Positions 22,525 to 33,572 of a DNA stretch of 64,000 bases are shown here, in pieces. Numbering within the stretch: position 1 is the first letter of the stretch; the number at the start of each line of letters is the position of its first letter. The stretch comes from Opitutales bacterium (GTDB taxonomy: Bacteria > Verrucomicrobiota > Verrucomicrobiia > Opitutales > Coraliomargaritaceae): positions 53,740-117,739 of the forward strand of contig JBMYNR010000002.1 of assembly GCA_049598495.1 (NCBI GenBank). Reading direction: 5' to 3'. The position numbers and the translations under genes are program-made. Below the pieces are notes generated by a model. That model searched no databases, was not told where the DNA came from, and saw only the letters and a list, made by a program, of their open reading frames with translations.

Positions 22525-22864
22525 TTTCTTCGTGTTCAAGTTGGTCGAGTATATCGTTGATCCCCGCACCACGCTCTAGCGATGGATCGTAGATAAATTC
22601 GAAGCGTGGGAAATACTTAAGAATAACATGCTTACTAACCCGTTGGCGTAGATCCTTGCCGATCTTCCTGAAGAGTGCATTCGCCTCGGCAATTGATGCC
22701 TCTCCCCCAAGAACAGAAAAATAGATTCGCGCATGGCGCAGATCCGTCGAGCAATCGACATCACTGATCGTAATCGCCGCGGCATCCGCCCGGTAATAGC
22801 GGCGCATCTGCTCACTCACTTCGCGGCGGAGCAGTTCATTGATACGGGTAATTCGTTGGGACAT
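22511..22864 (-). CDS. rbfA: Ribosome-binding factor A
   Basis: [31 protein letters not shown]; follows infB. Confidence 0.93.
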   Translation of the reverse strand: MSQRITRINELLRREVSEQMRRYYRADAAAITISDVDCSTDLRHARIYFSVLGGEASIAEANALFRKIGKDLRQRVSKHVILKYFPRFEFIYDPSLERGAGINDILDQLEHEENDGR

Positions 22865-22895
22865 AGCAAGTGGGATAGGACCTCATGCGGGGCTC

Positions 22896-22920
22896 ACACT
22901 GGCTATCGCCAGCGTGCTAC
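22896..22920 (-). repeat. GTAG-type REP
   Basis: Minus strand GTAGCACGCTGGCGATAGCCAGTGT. Confidence 0.7.
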
Positions 22921-22933
22921 AGATGTGGAAAAC

Positions 22934-25249
22934 CTAAAGGGAAGCGCGCTGCTCTTCGACCGAGAAACACTCGATCGTATCGCCCTCTTCATAGTCATCG
23001 TAGCCTTCTACATTAATACCGCACTCGTAGCCCGCGCGAACTTCCTTCACGTCGTCCTTAAAGCGTTTGAGGGTATCGACCTTGCTCTCATGAAGCAACT
23101 CACCCCCGCGCATGAGACGTGCGATACAATTGCGCTGGATCGCGCCTTCTGTGACCATACAACCAGCCACATTGCGGCCCTTGCCGATGGAGAATACCTG
23201 ACGGATTTCGGCCGCACCGATCTTCTTCTCGGTGTATTCGGCGTCCAAGAGATCGGCCATGGCATCTTCTACCTGATTAATGAGCTCGTAGATAATCTCG
23301 TGCTGGATGATCCGGATATCATGATGCTTCGCCAGGCTCTGCACACCGTTGTCGAGCTTCACATTAAACCCAACAATGGTTGCGCCACCAGCGCTGGCCA
23401 GGGTGACATCGTTCTTCGTGATGTGCCCCACCCCCTTGCTGATAACATCCAGATCCACCTTTTCGCTGTCAATTGCCTGAAGGGCGTTGACGAGCGCTTC
23501 CGTGGAGCCGTGCACATCCGACTTAACGATCACGCGCAGGCATTTCTTCTGTTGGTGCTCAATCGCAGCAAATAGATCTTCCACCGTGGTAGCACCACCG
23601 CCCGTTCCTTGCTCGCCGGAGGCACTGGCATCCTCAAGCTTGCGCTTCTGCATCGCATCCTCAGCCGCACGTTTGGCCGCTTTTTCATTCTTCTCTGTGG
23701 AAAATTTGGCCCCCGAGGCAGGCACATCCGACCAACCGGTCACCTTCACGGGTGTCGCGGGCGGTGCTGATTTCAGCATCTTTCCATCGGCATCGGTCAT
23801 TGTTTTGACCCGGCAATATACCTCGCCACAAAGCAGCGTATCGCCCTTTTTCAGGGTGCCGCGCTCAACAATGACAGAGGCAGTCGCTCCACGACCCTGT
23901 TCCACTTGAGCCTCAATAATCGTGCCCGCAGGCGGGCATTTTGGATTCGCCTTGAGCTCAAGCACTTCGGCCTGCAGCAAGATCATGTCAAGAAGGTCGT
24001 CGATATTGGTTCCATTGAGCGCAGAGACTTCCACTGCGATCGTTTCCCCCCCCCAATCTTCAGGCGCGATCCCTTTCTCCTGCATCTGTTGCTTCACGCG
24101 GTCCACGTTCGCTCCCTTCGCATCGATCTTGTTGATCGCCACAATAATTGCGTTGTTTGCCTCTTTGGCAAACTTCAGGGCTTCTTCCGTCTGAGGCTTA
24201 AATGCATCGTCGGCCGCAATCACGAGAATAGAAACATCGGTCACATTGGCGCCGCGCTCCCGCATCATTGAGAAAGCCGCATGGCCAGGTGTATCAATAA
24301 AGGAAATCTTCTCGCCCTTGTGCTCAATTTGGTAGGCGCCGATATGCTGAGTAATGCCGCCGGCTTCACCCTCCACCACGTTTGCCTTACGAATGGTATC
24401 GAGCAAGGTCGTCTTGCCGTGATCCACGTGGCCAAGGATACAGACAACCGGAGGACGTGGCTCGAGGAACCTCGGGTCATCATCGTCGGGTTTCTCCTCC
24501 TTCTTCGGCTTGCTTTGTTCGGCCTGCTCACCGCGGTGGTGGATTTCCAACTCACAGCCATGGCGGGCAGCGAGCTGTGTTGCAACACTCTCCTCGATCG
24601 TTTGGTTCATCGAGGCGAAGATGCCCATCTCCATCAGTTCGGAGATCAGTTTGAAAGGTTTCAGGCCGATTTCACCAGCAAAGTCACGCACAACGATCGG
24701 TGGCTTGACGTGAATCTTCTTTAGCTCCCCTGTTTCGGGAGCGGATTCACCACTCTCGCCTTCGTCGGTGGCAGCGACCGCTTCGGAAGCCTCGGGCTTC
24801 GGAGGACTTGCGGGTTGCGGCGGCTTAGGCGGACCACCTGCGGGCGGCGCAGGCGGTGAAGGCGGCTTGGGCGGGCTCGCCGGAGTCGGTGGCGCGACCG
24901 ATGCTTCGGGCTCGGGTGTTTTTGCTACCTCCCGTTCTGCGCCGGACTTTTCTGCCTCGGCAGCCGCCGCTTTTTCTTCACGTTCGCGCTCGATATCGGC
25001 AGCCGACTTCACAAAGACCCCCTCCGGCAATTTCGGTGCGACGGGCTCTGCTGGCGCCTCTTCTTGAGCAACAGGCTCTTCGGGAGCGGGCGCCTGAGAG
25101 GCAAACTCTTCACGTAGCGCCTCCGCGGAAATGTTGTCAACCGTGCTGGAAGCGCTCTTCACCTCGTAGCCGCGACTTTTAAGCAGCTCGATGAGCTCCT
25201 TATTCTCCATTCCGATTTCTTTGGAAAGCTGGTGTATGCGAACACTCAT
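22934..25249 (-). CDS. infB: Translation initiation factor IF-2
   Basis: [24 protein letters not shown]; Pro-rich N-terminal linker. Confidence 0.98.
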   Translation of the reverse strand: MSVRIHQLSKEIGMENKELIELLKSRGYEVKSASSTVDNISAEALREEFASQAPAPEEPVAQEEAPAEPVAPKLPEGVFVKSAADIEREREEKAAAAEAEKSGAEREVAKTPEPEASVAPPTPASPPKPPSPPAPPAGGPPKPPQPASPPKPEASEAVAATDEGESGESAPETGELKKIHVKPPIVVRDFAGEIGLKPFKLISELMEMGIFASMNQTIEESVATQLAARHGCELEIHHRGEQAEQSKPKKEEKPDDDDPRFLEPRPPVVCILGHVDHGKTTLLDTIRKANVVEGEAGGITQHIGAYQIEHKGEKISFIDTPGHAAFSMMRERGANVTDVSILVIAADDAFKPQTEEALKFAKEANNAIIVAINKIDAKGANVDRVKQQMQEKGIAPEDWGGETIAVEVSALNGTNIDDLLDMILLQAEVLELKANPKCPPAGTIIEAQVEQGRGATASVIVERGTLKKGDTLLCGEVYCRVKTMTDADGKMLKSAPPATPVKVTGWSDVPASGAKFSTEKNEKAAKRAAEDAMQKRKLEDASASGEQGTGGGATTVEDLFAAIEHQQKKCLRVIVKSDVHGSTEALVNALQAIDSEKVDLDVISKGVGHITKNDVTLASAGGATIVGFNVKLDNGVQSLAKHHDIRIIQHEIIYELINQVEDAMADLLDAEYTEKKIGAAEIRQVFSIGKGRNVAGCMVTEGAIQRNCIARLMRGGELLHESKVDTLKRFKDDVKEVRAGYECGINVEGYDDYEEGDTIECFSVEEQRASL

Positions 25250-25305
25250 GGACGGGTCTTTTCTCTAAGTCTTGGTTGCTGGATGGGACGAGGGCTGCGC
25301 GGGGA

Positions 25306-26556
25306 TTAGGTATTCTGCTTAAAGTAAGCCTGCACCTTACAAATAACGTCCGCCGCTTCCTCTTCGGAAAGTCCGGCGTCGACCAAATCACTGGCCTCGA
25401 CGCCCTCAAATACTTCGGGGCTGGCAAAACCAAATGAAACCAAGCGGGCAGCCAACTCAGGATCGAGCCCGTCGATCGCATTGAGCCCTTCGACCGCTTT
25501 AGCAACTTTTTCGTCAAAGCCGACCGCTTCCTTCTCTTCCTTGCCGATGTCGAGCTTCCAGCCAAGTAGACGAGAGGTTAATTTCGCGTTGAAGCCGCGA
25601 CGTCCGATCGCGATGGACAGGTCGTCTTCCGCCACCTCGAAGTGAATACGGCGTTCCACCTCATTGACCTTGATGTTCTTTGGGACTGCGGGCTTAAGGG
25701 CTTCCTCAAGAAGCTGTAGCGGGTCCTGGTAGTAACGAATAATATCGATCTTCTCACCGCCGAGTTCACGGACGATGGTCTTTACCCGGGCACCTCGCGC
25801 GCCGACACATGCGCCGACGGGGTCGACTTTGGGATCCGTGCTGTTCACCGCGATCTTGGTGCGGTAGCCCGGCTCACGCGCCATTGCCTCAATCGTAACG
25901 GTTCCATCAGCGATCTCCGTGACTTCGAGTTCAAAGAGGCGGCGAACAAAATTCAAGTTCGAGCGGGAAAGAATGATATCCGGGCCGCGGTTGCTTTGCT
26001 CAATCTTAAGCAGCAGGCAGCGAATACTCTCTCCCGGGGCATAGTCCTCACCGGGGACACGTTCGCGGGGCGGCAGGATCGCCTCGGCTTTTCCGAGGTC
26101 AACAATCAGATCACCACGTTCACGGCGGCGGACAGTCCCGGTGACAATATCACCCACGGTGTCCTTGTAATCATCGTAGATGCGCTCCTTTTCGAATTGG
26201 CGTATTCGCTGCATGATCGCTTGGCGCGCGGTTTGCGCGGCAATACGACCAAGGTAGGCAGGATCTATCTCTTTCTCAACCGTCTCGCCGATCTGGGCGC
26301 CCGCCTGAATCAAACGAGCCTTCTCGATATGAATCTCAAGCGATGGGTCACTCACCGAATCAACCACCTGAAGAATACTCCAGGCCTTGAGTGCCCCGGT
26401 TTTCGGGTTAATTTCGACCCGAATATCTTGGCCCGCGCTCACGCCTTTCTGGGCAGCGCTCGCAATCGCGCCGGAGATGGCCTCGATCATGTCAGGGCGA
26501 CTGATCCCCTTCTCCTTCTCCATATATTCTAAAACTGATAGTATCTCGTGACTCAT
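25306..26556 (-). CDS. nusA: Transcription elongation factor NusA
   Basis: [36 protein letters not shown]. Confidence 0.98.
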   Translation of the reverse strand: MSHEILSVLEYMEKEKGISRPDMIEAISGAIASAAQKGVSAGQDIRVEINPKTGALKAWSILQVVDSVSDPSLEIHIEKARLIQAGAQIGETVEKEIDPAYLGRIAAQTARQAIMQRIRQFEKERIYDDYKDTVGDIVTGTVRRRERGDLIVDLGKAEAILPPRERVPGEDYAPGESIRCLLLKIEQSNRGPDIILSRSNLNFVRRLFELEVTEIADGTVTIEAMAREPGYRTKIAVNSTDPKVDPVGACVGARGARVKTIVRELGGEKIDIIRYYQDPLQLLEEALKPAVPKNIKVNEVERRIHFEVAEDDLSIAIGRRGFNAKLTSRLLGWKLDIGKEEKEAVGFDEKVAKAVEGLNAIDGLDPELAARLVSFGFASPEVFEGVEASDLVDAGLSEEEAADVICKVQAYFKQNT

Positions 26557-26565
26557 TGGGTGCTA

Positions 26566-26596
26566 AAAATAAAAAAAGCAGGCCAAGCCCGCTTTT
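26566..26596 (-). promoter_or_regulatory. Terminator-like leader hairpin upstream of nusA
   Basis: Minus strand AAAAGCGGGCTTGGCCTGCTTTTTTTATTTT just before the nusA ATG. Confidence 0.6.
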
Positions 26597-26627
26597 AAAT
26601 TATGCTGGGTTTAAAAGTGAAGCGTGG

Positions 26628-26655
26628 AGCGTAGGGAGCTCACTTCTCTTGTCAA
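26628..26655 (-). promoter_or_regulatory. Putative sigma70 promoter of the nusA operon
   Basis: TTGACA-16 bp-TACGCT on the minus strand. Confidence 0.55.
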
Positions 26656-26729
26656 GGTACCTGTAAATCGGATTTGAGCCCTTTGTTCTTGCCCTCACAA
26701 GCTCCTCGAGCATCGTTCACAGGCTTCTT

Positions 26730-26782
26730 GCCCTGCTCGCGAATTCCCAGGGCTCTGCCAATCTGGCGAAACCACTGAATTC
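26730..26782 (+). promoter_or_regulatory. Candidate cis-regulatory RNA upstream of queC
   Basis: GCCCTG/CAGGGC stem whose loop GAATTC can pair with the GAATTC abutting the ATG. Confidence 0.3.
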
Positions 26783-27487
26783 ATGAAAACCGTCACCGTA
26801 TACTCCGGAGGGCTCGATTCGACTGTGCTCCTCTGCCATCTTCTCGCGAAAGGACACGAGCCACACGCTCTTTCCATTGACTACGGGCAACGCCACCGAT
26901 GTGAACTCGAGCGGGCACGTGAGATTTGCGCCGAGTTGGGTGTGCCACACCGCATCGCCGACCTTTCTGCGATCCAACCCCTGCTCGCGGGCAGCAGTCT
27001 TACTTCGCCGGAGATCGAGGTGGCTGAAGGACACTACACCGAAGAATCCATGAAGACCACGGTGGTGCCAAACCGAAACATGATCTTTCTTTCCATCGCG
27101 ACAGGTTACGCCCTCTCGATTCAAGCCGGCCAAATCGCCTACGCCGCGCACTCCGGCGACCATGCGATCTACCCAGATTGCCGGAATGAATTCGCCGAGG
27201 CGATGGCCGAGGCGATTCGTATTGCCGATTGGGATTCGGTCGAACTGATTCGTCCATTTGTCGACTGGACAAAGGCAGACATCGTTCGTCTCGGGGCCGA
27301 ACTCGGCGCACCGCTCAAGAAGACCTGGTCCTGTTACAAGGGCAGGGAGCAACACTGCGGCCGCTGCGGCACCTGTATCGAACGCAGGGAGGCCTTTGAC
27401 TTGGCGAATATCGAAGATCCGACAATCTACGCGCCCGGCGCTCCGGATTTGAAAACATTGCGAGCCAACGACTGGCGCCTGAACTGA
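26783..27487 (+). CDS. queC: 7-cyano-7-deazaguanine synthase
   Basis: [33 protein letters not shown]. Confidence 0.96.
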   Translation: MKTVTVYSGGLDSTVLLCHLLAKGHEPHALSIDYGQRHRCELERAREICAELGVPHRIADLSAIQPLLAGSSLTSPEIEVAEGHYTEESMKTTVVPNRNMIFLSIATGYALSIQAGQIAYAAHSGDHAIYPDCRNEFAEAMAEAIRIADWDSVELIRPFVDWTKADIVRLGAELGAPLKKTWSCYKGREQHCGRCGTCIERREAFDLANIEDPTIYAPGAPDLKTLRANDWRLN

Positions 27488-27520
27488 GCTATTCTCAACC
27501 GAGTATCCCAAGGATTTCAC

Positions 27521-27952
27521 ATGCTGAACTGTAAAAAGACCTACCGCGATATCCCATGCGCCCATCGGCAACACCATCATGAAGGCCAGTGCGCCCAGAT
27601 TCATGGCCACAACTGGACGATTACATTGACCTTCGCTTGTCACGAAACGGATGCGAACGGATTCGTCGTCGATTTCGGCGAACTGAACTACCTGAAGACT
27701 TGGATCGACGAGCATTTGGACCACGCTTGCCTCTTCAACGAGGACGACCCGGAGAAGGACACCCTACTCCAAAGCGCCGGCCATCTCTTCAAGGCCTACG
27801 TTCTCCCGAATACGTCCTGCGAAGGTCTGGCTCGACATATTTTCACAATCTTCGATCCGATGGTTCGCGCGGAAACGGACGGTCGCGCTTGGATCACCCA
27901 AGTCGACGTTGAGGAAGATTCGAAGAACTCGGCCAGCTATCGCCCCGACTAG
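27521..27952 (+). CDS. queD: 6-carboxytetrahydropterin synthase
   Basis: [20 protein letters not shown]; adjacent to queC. Confidence 0.9.
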   Translation: MLNCKKTYRDIPCAHRQHHHEGQCAQIHGHNWTITLTFACHETDANGFVVDFGELNYLKTWIDEHLDHACLFNEDDPEKDTLLQSAGHLFKAYVLPNTSCEGLARHIFTIFDPMVRAETDGRAWITQVDVEEDSKNSASYRPD

Positions 27953-27957
27953 CCAGC

Positions 27958-28488
27958 CTATCCCGAGTCGCCCGACTCGCCGCCCTTCAGGGCGAGGAAC
28001 TTCGCCCATAGGTGGCTGAAGGACCAAGCGAAGTCCCGCGGGCTGCGCTCGAGCCAGTCATTGAGCTCCTGCAAATGGATCCAGCGCCCCTCGATCACTT
28101 CGGATGGGTCTAAGGTAAAAGGCCCGTCCGATTGGCAGGTATAGACATAGACAAACTCATAGCCGGTCTGCTTACAGGGCGACTCCTTGAATACGCGTGT
28201 CAACTCAAGCTCTCCAGACAAGCCGATCTCTTCGGCCAACTCGCGAACAGCCGCGCTGTCGTAATCCTCGCCCGTATCCACATGCCCGGAACAGGAACTT
28301 ACCCATTTCCCCGGCGCCGTGTCCTTCCTCATGGAGCGACGTTGCAAATAAAGCTGTCCGTCGGCGTTAAAAACAAACACGTGAACCGCGCGATGCAGCA
28401 GTTTGTCCCGGTGGACGATCGATCGCTCCTCCTGACGAATGATGTTATCATTTTCATCAACGACATCGAAAATATCTTTTACGGCCAT
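27958..28488 (-). CDS. NUDIX hydrolase (IDI/YfcD-like)
   Basis: [11 protein letters not shown] and [22 protein letters not shown]udix box. Confidence 0.88.
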   Translation of the reverse strand: MAVKDIFDVVDENDNIIRQEERSIVHRDKLLHRAVHVFVFNADGQLYLQRRSMRKDTAPGKWVSSCSGHVDTGEDYDSAAVRELAEEIGLSGELELTRVFKESPCKQTGYEFVYVYTCQSDGPFTLDPSEVIEGRWIHLQELNDWLERSPRDFAWSFSHLWAKFLALKGGESGDSG

Positions 28489-28578
28489 GGTAACATTGGG
28501 GTGGTTCGATTAACTCGTCGGCGAAATTGGCAAACTGCGAGTCGCAAATCGTAAAAGTAAGGAGGCGGAGACTGTCAT

Positions 28579-29385
28579 TTAATCGCGCATTTTGAACATC
28601 CACGGCATGACGCCACGGTTTACCCCGATTTCATCGAGAACCAGCGTACTCACCCATTCGCCGTTTTCAGAAGAGTCGACACGCTTGGCGATGGGCATAC
28701 CATGAACGCGAATGTAATTTTTATAGATCATGCAATGGGTGTTATCGTCCTCGAGATCCGTATTCACCACCTTGATCTCCAAATAAGTCCGGATATCGAT
28801 AAAATAGTCCACCCGATACCCCGTGTCCAAATTGACCCGAATCTGGTGGCAAATGTTGCCCTCTGTGGGAACCGTGTCGATGTAGATGATCTCCTTCCCT
28901 TCCGCAAACGGATAGAGCAGGTGATTCCCAAAAATCGCGGCGTGCTTGAACCGCCGCGCTTCCTTATTTGCCATTTCTACTGCCTTGGCATAAGCCTCAG
29001 GCGCCCGCTTCCACGCCGTTGTGCCATCGTGCCCGAAGACCCACTCCTGCTGATTCGAAACAAGCGTCAACTTCATGAAGTTCGGCTTTCGCTGCAGTGC
29101 CTGCAGTTCGAACTCTCTGTCTTTCAAGGTCAGCACGCCCTTGAGCCTCAGGCTTGAAATGGTCTCCCAATGCTCGGGGCCGCCGAGACCCTCATGGTAG
29201 TAACGCGTTAGAATCATCGCCAGTCGTCCGTCTCCAAGCTCCGGCATGGCTGTTTGAAGGAGTATCTCCGTGACTCCCCCCTCTGGTGTTTTCAGTTTAA
29301 CCCCGCGTTCGGCCGAGACACTAAGACTCACCAGCACCATCATTAGTGCGGGAAAAATTCGAACTTTCTGGAGGACGGCGAACAT
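28579..29385 (-). CDS. Exported hypothetical protein (possible LolA-like fold)
   Basis: Signal peptide; LGG..W..ISSL and beta-rich pattern. Confidence 0.6.
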   Translation of the reverse strand: MFAVLQKVRIFPALMMVLVSLSVSAERGVKLKTPEGGVTEILLQTAMPELGDGRLAMILTRYYHEGLGGPEHWETISSLRLKGVLTLKDREFELQALQRKPNFMKLTLVSNQQEWVFGHDGTTAWKRAPEAYAKAVEMANKEARRFKHAAIFGNHLLYPFAEGKEIIYIDTVPTEGNICHQIRVNLDTGYRVDYFIDIRTYLEIKVVNTDLEDDNTHCMIYKNYIRVHGMPIAKRVDSSENGEWVSTLVLDEIGVNRGVMPWMFKMRD

Positions 29386-29454
29386 CTAAACGGAATTCGT
29401 CTCTGAGCGGCAATCTTTGTTCCATTTGAGAGCTCTGCTTATTGCCTCAAAACA

Positions 29455-29963
29455 GGGTTCCTCGTCAAAGTAAGGATAAATAAGAGGCATAGAAACGGTG
29501 TAGCTGTAGAGCTTAGGTTCTAATACTCCATTGCGAAAGTTACGCCTGCATTAAGGAGACTGGTAGGCTTGCTGCCGGACGCCCTGAAGGGCGCACTCCA
29601 ACCTTAGGATGCGTGGAGCTTTGTTGGAGTTCGGCCATTAGGCCGTCTGATTCCATTTTAGAAAGCTTTCAATCGCTACATTCGGTACGAGATAGCGAAC
29701 TTGCGCTAGCAAGGTCGACGAGCAAGCGCCTCCGTCTGTTCGAAATCCCAGACTGGCCGTCACGACTTACAGTCAATCCGGATGATTTGGGCATACGCTG
29801 TCGTTTGCCGAACGGCGCGTGGTCCGATTCCGACCGCCTACGCCAGCCCCTCCGCCGCAGGCTACGGCGGACATGTCGGATCGGTCTTGTCGCCAGCTCG
29901 GAACGGCGAGCAGGCCCGACCTCAAGAAAGTCCGAGCTCTTCCCCTTACTTTGACGATGAACC
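29455..29963. mobile_element. MITE-like element, family B (~509 bp)
   Basis: TIR GGTTC(C/A)TCGTCAAAGTAAGG at both ends, AAACA on both flanks, no credible transposase ORF; a second left end at 63799-63945. Confidence 0.75.
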
Positions 29964-30016
29964 AAACAAAAGGGTGGACTTAATTAAGGGCAACGTCACT
30001 GATCATTTTGTAGTGT

Positions 30017-31294
30017 ATGGTGGTTTACAATTACAAGGCCCGCGATTCCAAGGGCAGTATTGTTAGCGGATCGATTGATGCGGCGGAACGACGCTTGGCC
30101 ATGCAGAAACTGCATGCGCAGGGCTTGAGCCCAATCACCCTGAAGGAAGCCGCCACCGAAAGCAGTTTCGTACTTTCAAAAATAATCGAGCGCGTAAAAT
30201 CACTCCGCCACAATCGCAAGCAAGCCGTCGGGGAGCAAATCCATCAGAAGCCACAGGGCGCGCAGCGGGAAGTTGTAGGCCTGGTTGTATTGAAACGGCT
30301 GATGGAGCTGCACGGCTCGGGGCTTCCGGTGGGCGACTCCATTTTCATTCTTAGTCAGCGCCTCAACGACAAAGAGCAGAAACAAGTCGTGCAGAATCTC
30401 TGGCGCGATCTGAGCGAGGGCGCCACACTTGCCGGTGCCATGGCCCGGCAGCCGAGATACTTTCCGGGCTCGATCAGCTATGTGATCGAGGCTGGCGAAG
30501 CGACGGGTAACCTCGCACCCATCCTTGGCAAAATGATTGACTATCTCGAAGAGAAGCAAGCGATCCGGAGGAAGATGATCGCCAGCATGATCTATCCTGC
30601 CATCGTCTGCACTGTGGCGGTAGCGGTCGTCATCCTCTTCATGACGGTGCTCCTCCCACAAATACAGGGGATGATGGACCGTTTGGGCGGAGAAATGACT
30701 TGGAGCGCACGCATCTTGATCGATGGTTCGGATCTGGTCGCTCGATACGGGCCCTTCCTACTCATTGCGCTGATGATTGGCGGACTCTCCTTCCGACAGT
30801 GGCGACGCACGGAGGCCGGCCTTCGCAAAACGGACGCGTGGTTTTTACAACTACCGCTTCTCGGAAGAATCTTCTATTACGGCGATCTTTTTCAGGTCGG
30901 TAATCTGATCAGCACCCTTCTCGAAAGCGGAATCAATACGACCGAGACACTTCGGCTTTCTGAGCGCACAGTCAAAAATACCGAACTAAGGGATCGTTTC
31001 CATATCGCCCGTGGTCAAGTAAACGAGGGCCTCTCCATCGCGCAGGCCTTCAAGCGAAACGAATTCATGCCGGATCTCGCCATCGATATCTTAACCGTAG
31101 GCGAAAATACGGGCAATCTCGCACACAGCATGACGGAGGTCACCAAGGGATTCCGCCGCGAACTAACCCGTCGACTTACGGGTCTGAGCGCCATTGTATC
31201 GACCGCTGCGCTGATCAGTGCATTCATCCTCGTTGCCCTGATCGCAATGGGCATCGTGACCAGCGTCTTCCAGGTCAGCCGCTCGCTGTCTTAG
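30017..31294 (+). CDS. Type II secretion F / PilC family platform protein
   Basis: YNYKARD, AGEATGNL, MIYPAIV, VGENTGNL. Confidence 0.9.
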   Translation: MVVYNYKARDSKGSIVSGSIDAAERRLAMQKLHAQGLSPITLKEAATESSFVLSKIIERVKSLRHNRKQAVGEQIHQKPQGAQREVVGLVVLKRLMELHGSGLPVGDSIFILSQRLNDKEQKQVVQNLWRDLSEGATLAGAMARQPRYFPGSISYVIEAGEATGNLAPILGKMIDYLEEKQAIRRKMIASMIYPAIVCTVAVAVVILFMTVLLPQIQGMMDRLGGEMTWSARILIDGSDLVARYGPFLLIALMIGGLSFRQWRRTEAGLRKTDAWFLQLPLLGRIFYYGDLFQVGNLISTLLESGINTTETLRLSERTVKNTELRDRFHIARGQVNEGLSIAQAFKRNEFMPDLAIDILTVGENTGNLAHSMTEVTKGFRRELTRRLTGLSAIVSTAALISAFILVALIAMGIVTSVFQVSRSLS

Positions 31295-32580
31295 GCGCCG
31301 GGCTTTTCTACCGCGGGCAGCGTAAAGCGCATCCGACTACCCTCTCCCAACCGACTCTCCGCGGAAACGCTGCCCCCGTGGAGCTGGATGATGTGCTTCA
31401 CGATGCTGAGGCCGAGCCCCGTGCCCCCGCGCTCGCGTGAGCGGCCCTTATCAACCCGATAGAAGCGCTCGAACACGTGAGGCAGGTCTTTTTCCGGGAT
31501 TCCGGGGCCATCATCCACCACCGCACAGAGCACCTCATTGCGCTCCGAATCGAGCTTCGCCTCGAGGGTGATCCGCGTGAAATTAGGCGCATAGCGAAAG
31601 GCGTTCTCAATGAAATTGTCCAAAACCTGATGGATCCGGTAACGATCAAACAGCACAACATCGACCTCGTCTTCAACAGCCAGGTCGATCCTCTGTGTGG
31701 CTGGGTCCAACCGGGTTCGATAATTTTCGGCCACCTCCTCAAAGAGCGGTTTCAGCGGCTGGGCGATCGGCTCAATTTGCTCAGGTTTTGATTCCAAACG
31801 GGAAATCGTCAATAAATCTTCGACTAAGACGTGCAGACGGTCCGCATTTGTCAAAATTTTCTTCGTAAAACGTTCGCGCGAATCCGGTTTTAGCGACGCC
31901 GCATCGTCAATCAAGGTTTCCGCAAAGCCTTTAATAATGGTCAAGGGTGTTCGTAGCTCGTGTGAGACATTGGCAACAAACTCACGGCGCATCACCTCCA
32001 ACTCCTTTAGCTTCGTAATGTCATGCAAGACCAGTAAAGTAGACATGCCTTCCCCTTCCCCGATTCCAATCACCGGGGCGCATGATGCCTCAAACCAATA
32101 CGTCTTCTGGCCGCGCACGATCTTTAACTGCGTCGAGTCCGTACGATCTTGATTCGTGGCCATCTCGTCGAGAAACTCAAGCAAGCCTATTGATCTCATA
32201 AACCCTTCCAGGCGAAGCCCTTGCAGGCTTTTATGCCCCTTGAATAAACGTTCCGCCGCACGATTTGCATATTGCACCATACGCTCGGGGTCAAAGATGA
32301 TCACGGCCTCCTGAACGGCTCCGAGCATGGCATCCACTTGGCTCGAATACCCTGTCTTCTCGGCAGCAGTCTTATTGTGCAAGTCTATGAGTCCATTCAA
32401 CGAGTCGACCAGTCTGAGTGCACCGATTCGCTCGAGCGAATCCGCCGATGCCTTTAGTAAAAGCCGTCTTCGTGACCGCACGGCATCGTCCAGCTCGCCT
32501 AGCAGACGCCTCAAACGCAGAACGTGTAGAAAAAGAGCCACGGAAACCATGGCGAGTGCAATCGTGATGAACCAATGCAT
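31291..32580 (-). CDS. phoR: PAS sensor histidine kinase, PhoR-like
   Basis: EFVANVSHELRTPLT, FERFYRVDKGRSRERGGTGLGLSIVKH. Confidence 0.8.
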   Translation of the reverse strand: MHWFITIALAMVSVALFLHVLRLRRLLGELDDAVRSRRRLLLKASADSLERIGALRLVDSLNGLIDLHNKTAAEKTGYSSQVDAMLGAVQEAVIIFDPERMVQYANRAAERLFKGHKSLQGLRLEGFMRSIGLLEFLDEMATNQDRTDSTQLKIVRGQKTYWFEASCAPVIGIGEGEGMSTLLVLHDITKLKELEVMRREFVANVSHELRTPLTIIKGFAETLIDDAASLKPDSRERFTKKILTNADRLHVLVEDLLTISRLESKPEQIEPIAQPLKPLFEEVAENYRTRLDPATQRIDLAVEDEVDVVLFDRYRIHQVLDNFIENAFRYAPNFTRITLEAKLDSERNEVLCAVVDDGPGIPEKDLPHVFERFYRVDKGRSRERGGTGLGLSIVKHIIQLHGGSVSAESRLGEGSRMRFTLPAVEKPGA

Positions 32581-33290
32581 TAAATATCGATTGCCCGATA
32601 CCCTACTCCGCGAACCGTCTCAATCAAGTGCGCATATGGGCCAAGCTTCTCTCGCACGCGGCGTACATGGGTATCTACCGTGCGCGTCTCGATATCCGTG
32701 TCGTAATGCCAAACATTGACCAGCAGATGCTCACGCGACTGAACGCGCCCTTTGCGCTCCATCAAGAGCTTCAGGAGCCTGAATTCCGTGGCGGTGAGCA
32801 CAACCAACTTACCATCGACCGTCAACTGGTGTAAGTCTTCATCAATCACAACCCCCGCGATCTCAATTCGAGTGATTTCCGAAGACGCGGCGGCCGAATC
32901 ACTCCGACTGAGGATGTTGTTGATGCGGAGAATTAACTCATTGGCATTAAAAGGCTTAGAAAGATAGTCGTCGGCTCCCGTCTCGAGCCCCTTAATGCGA
33001 TCCTCAGTATCCCCACGTGCACTCAGGAAGATAATCGGAATTCTCTTCATTGAGGGATCCGAGCGGGCGATCCGACAGAGTTGCAAGCCGTTGAGCTCCG
33101 GCATCATGATGTCCAGAACCATCAGATCCGGCTCAAATTCACGCACCTTGGCGACAAACTCGAGTGGATCATTGAGAACCTGGACCCGATAGCCCTCCTG
33201 CTCCAGCTTATATTCAAGCAGTTCGGTGACGTCCGGTTCGTCATCCAAAACGAGGATACGATGCACTTTATTGGCACTCATCGATTTCAT
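32580..33290 (-). CDS. phoB: OmpR/PhoB-family response regulator
   Basis: LDIMMP, GADDYLSKPF, TRTVDTHVRRVR, TVRGVGY. Confidence 0.8.
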   Translation of the reverse strand: MKSMSANKVHRILVLDDEPDVTELLEYKLEQEGYRVQVLNDPLEFVAKVREFEPDLMVLDIMMPELNGLQLCRIARSDPSMKRIPIIFLSARGDTEDRIKGLETGADDYLSKPFNANELILRINNILSRSDSAAASSEITRIEIAGVVIDEDLHQLTVDGKLVVLTATEFRLLKLLMERKGRVQSREHLLVNVWHYDTDIETRTVDTHVRRVREKLGPYAHLIETVRGVGYRAIDI

Positions 33291-33400
33291 TCTTTGTTAC
33301 GAGGTAATCAAGCACCCCATGCTTCATAAACAACCAAAAGCGACCACAGGCACGCATGGGTCAACGCTTAAACCCCTCAAAGAGAGAGGCCAAGCTAACA

Positions 33401-33439
33401 TTTCACCACAGTGAAACAAAGCTGTGACACAACTGACAC
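33401..33439 (-). promoter_or_regulatory. Pho-box-like 11-bp-phased direct repeats
   Basis: Minus-strand hexamers GTGTCA, GTCACA, GTTTCA, GTGAAA at 11-bp spacing upstream of the regulator. Confidence 0.5.
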
Positions 33440-33540
33440 ACGGCATCGGCCAATCGTAAAATCCCGCGCCTTAGAGCCGATTGCATTTAGGTAGAATCAC
33501 CGGCCGGGTGTCATTTTTGTTATCAGCAAGACGGGTGCCG

Positions 33541-33565
33541 CGGGTGCCGCAAGCGACACCCCTAG
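33541..33565 (-). repeat. REP-like palindrome
   Basis: Minus strand CTAGGGGTGTCGCTTGCGGCACCCG just after the mnmG stop. Confidence 0.5.
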
Positions 33566-33572
33566 AGCGGTA

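Noticed and set aside
24760..25100. Low-complexity repeats in infB
   Set aside because: Ordinary Pro/Ala-rich IF-2 N-terminal linker.
29613..30066. Short ORFs inside the family B element
   Set aside because: No transposase motifs; they arise from GC-rich palindromic DNA.
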